This document shows, one piece after another, positions 34,333-35,335 of a DNA stretch of 35,335 nt. The DNA comes from Octopus bimaculoides. Lineage: Eukaryota. Where the stretch lies: NCBI RefSeq assembly GCF_001194135.2, contig NC_069003.1:9978409-10013743 (forward strand). Reading direction: 5' to 3'. Numbering within the stretch: position 1 is the first letter of the stretch; every line of letters begins with the position of its first letter. The notes below the pieces were generated by a model, which worked only from the letters and a program-made list of their open reading frames with translations, searched no databases and was not told the origin of the DNA. A program made the translations under genes and the position numbers.

Positions 34333-34460
34333 CAACTATGGACTGCTCTGTACTGTAGTTCCATCATTGACAATGGACCAAGAATCGAAGGATGGGATGA
34401 AATGGCTCATATTCAAGAATCTGACAAAGAACTACGCTCCAGAGTCAACCGACTGCGAAG
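34333..34460 (+). CDS. MTMR9: MTMR9 coding exon 13 (QLWTALY...ELRSRVNRLR; start of C-terminal coiled coil)
   Basis: Acceptor AG at the end of a (CTAT)n tract, GTATTT donor; 128 nt, phase 0 to 2; no stop reached. Confidence 0.88.
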
Positions 34461-34679
34461 GTATTTACCTTTTACTGTTTCTTATTTCTTTATTGCCCAC
34501 AAGGGGCTAAATATAGAGGGGACAAACAAGGGATTAAGTCGATGGACTTACCTTTTACTGTTTCTGTCCTCTTCATTNNNNNNNNNNAACCGTTCATCAT
34601 CTGACACAAGATCCCCTCCTCCAATGCCCTCCCTCCTTTCTCAAAGATTCCTTGTCTTGCAAAGCTACTCGATGACTCT

Positions 34680-35190
34680 GCCAGTGCTGGTGCCACTGAA
34701 AAAGCATCCAGTCCACACTGTAAAGTGGTTAGCATTTGGAAGGGCATCCAACTGTAAAAGTCATGTCAAAACTGGCCTCGCCTGTGCTGCTGGTGCCATG
34801 TAAAAAGCACTCAGTCCACTCTGTGAAGTGGTTGGTATTAGGAAGGGGATCTAGCCATAAAAACCATGCCAAAACAGACACAAAAGTCTGTTGTAGCCTT
34901 CTGTCAAACTATTCAACCCATGCCAGCCTGGGAGGCGGATGTTCAATGATGATGATGACGGTGATGATGTATATATATGTATAGCGTCGCCTTACTGGCA
35001 CTTGTGCCGGTGGCATGTGAACAAAACATTTGAGCGAGGTTGTTGCCAGTGCCGCTGGACTGGCTCCTGTGCAGGTGGCATGTAAAAAACACCACTTCAG
35101 CGTGGCTGTTGCCAGTACTGCGTGACTGGCCGGTGGCACATAAAAGCACCCACTACGCTCTCGGAGTGGTTGGCGTTAGGAAGGGCGTCT
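34680..35190 (+). mobile_element. Further copies of the tggcatgtaaaaagcacc repeat family
   Basis: Similarity to 20404-20840. Confidence 0.7.
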
Positions 35191-35335
35191 CTCACTGTTT
35201 CTTGAGTAACGCTGCGATGGACTGGCATCCCGTCCAGCAGGGGGGGAACACATACACCATAGAAACCTGGCCCATGAGCCTGGCTAGGCTTTAAAAGGGT
35301 GCAAAAGAAAAGAATTGGTTTTAATAATGACTATC

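Larger units (their letters stand above)
17959..34460 (+). other. MTMR9: MTMR9 gene body (13 coding exons visible; 3' end and 5' UTR exon(s) not defined in the window)
   Basis: Manually spliced exons give a continuous ORF of 533 codons plus 2 nt. It resembles MTMR9 as I recall it throughout ([74 protein letters not shown]). Every intron is GT-AG and all phases match. Confidence 0.95.

Noticed and set aside
35285-35335. Possible final MTMR9 exon after ttaaaag
   Set aside because: No pyrimidine tract and no resemblance to the expected coiled-coil continuation; the last exon is probably outside the window.

Overview
Eukaryotic, AT-rich, repeat-dense draft-assembly genomic DNA with several N gaps. 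It is most likely a cephalopod (Octopus-like), judged from recognisable tRNA-derived SINE families. The right half (17959-34460, + strand) holds 13 consecutive coding exons of a myotubularin-related protein 9 (MTMR9) ortholog. All have GT-AG boundaries and compatible phases, and give 1601 coding nt. The catalytic motif is the inactive pseudophosphatase type; the last coding exon lies beyond the window and the non-coding first exon is not resolved. The left half is mostly SINE/LINE/MITE debris but contains three phase-compatible candidate exons of a small, unrecognised minus-strand gene arranged head-to-head with MTMR9. The most unusual observations are two intronic insertions (17501-17805 and 24108-24451). 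Each has a 12-14 bp target-site duplication, a fold-back structure whose inverted arm lacks a 30-45 nt terminal tail, and a minimal hammerhead-ribozyme-like core, which is a Penelope-like-element signature; one of them also has a tRNA-derived SINE head. All calls were made by eye; no database searches or folding computations were run.
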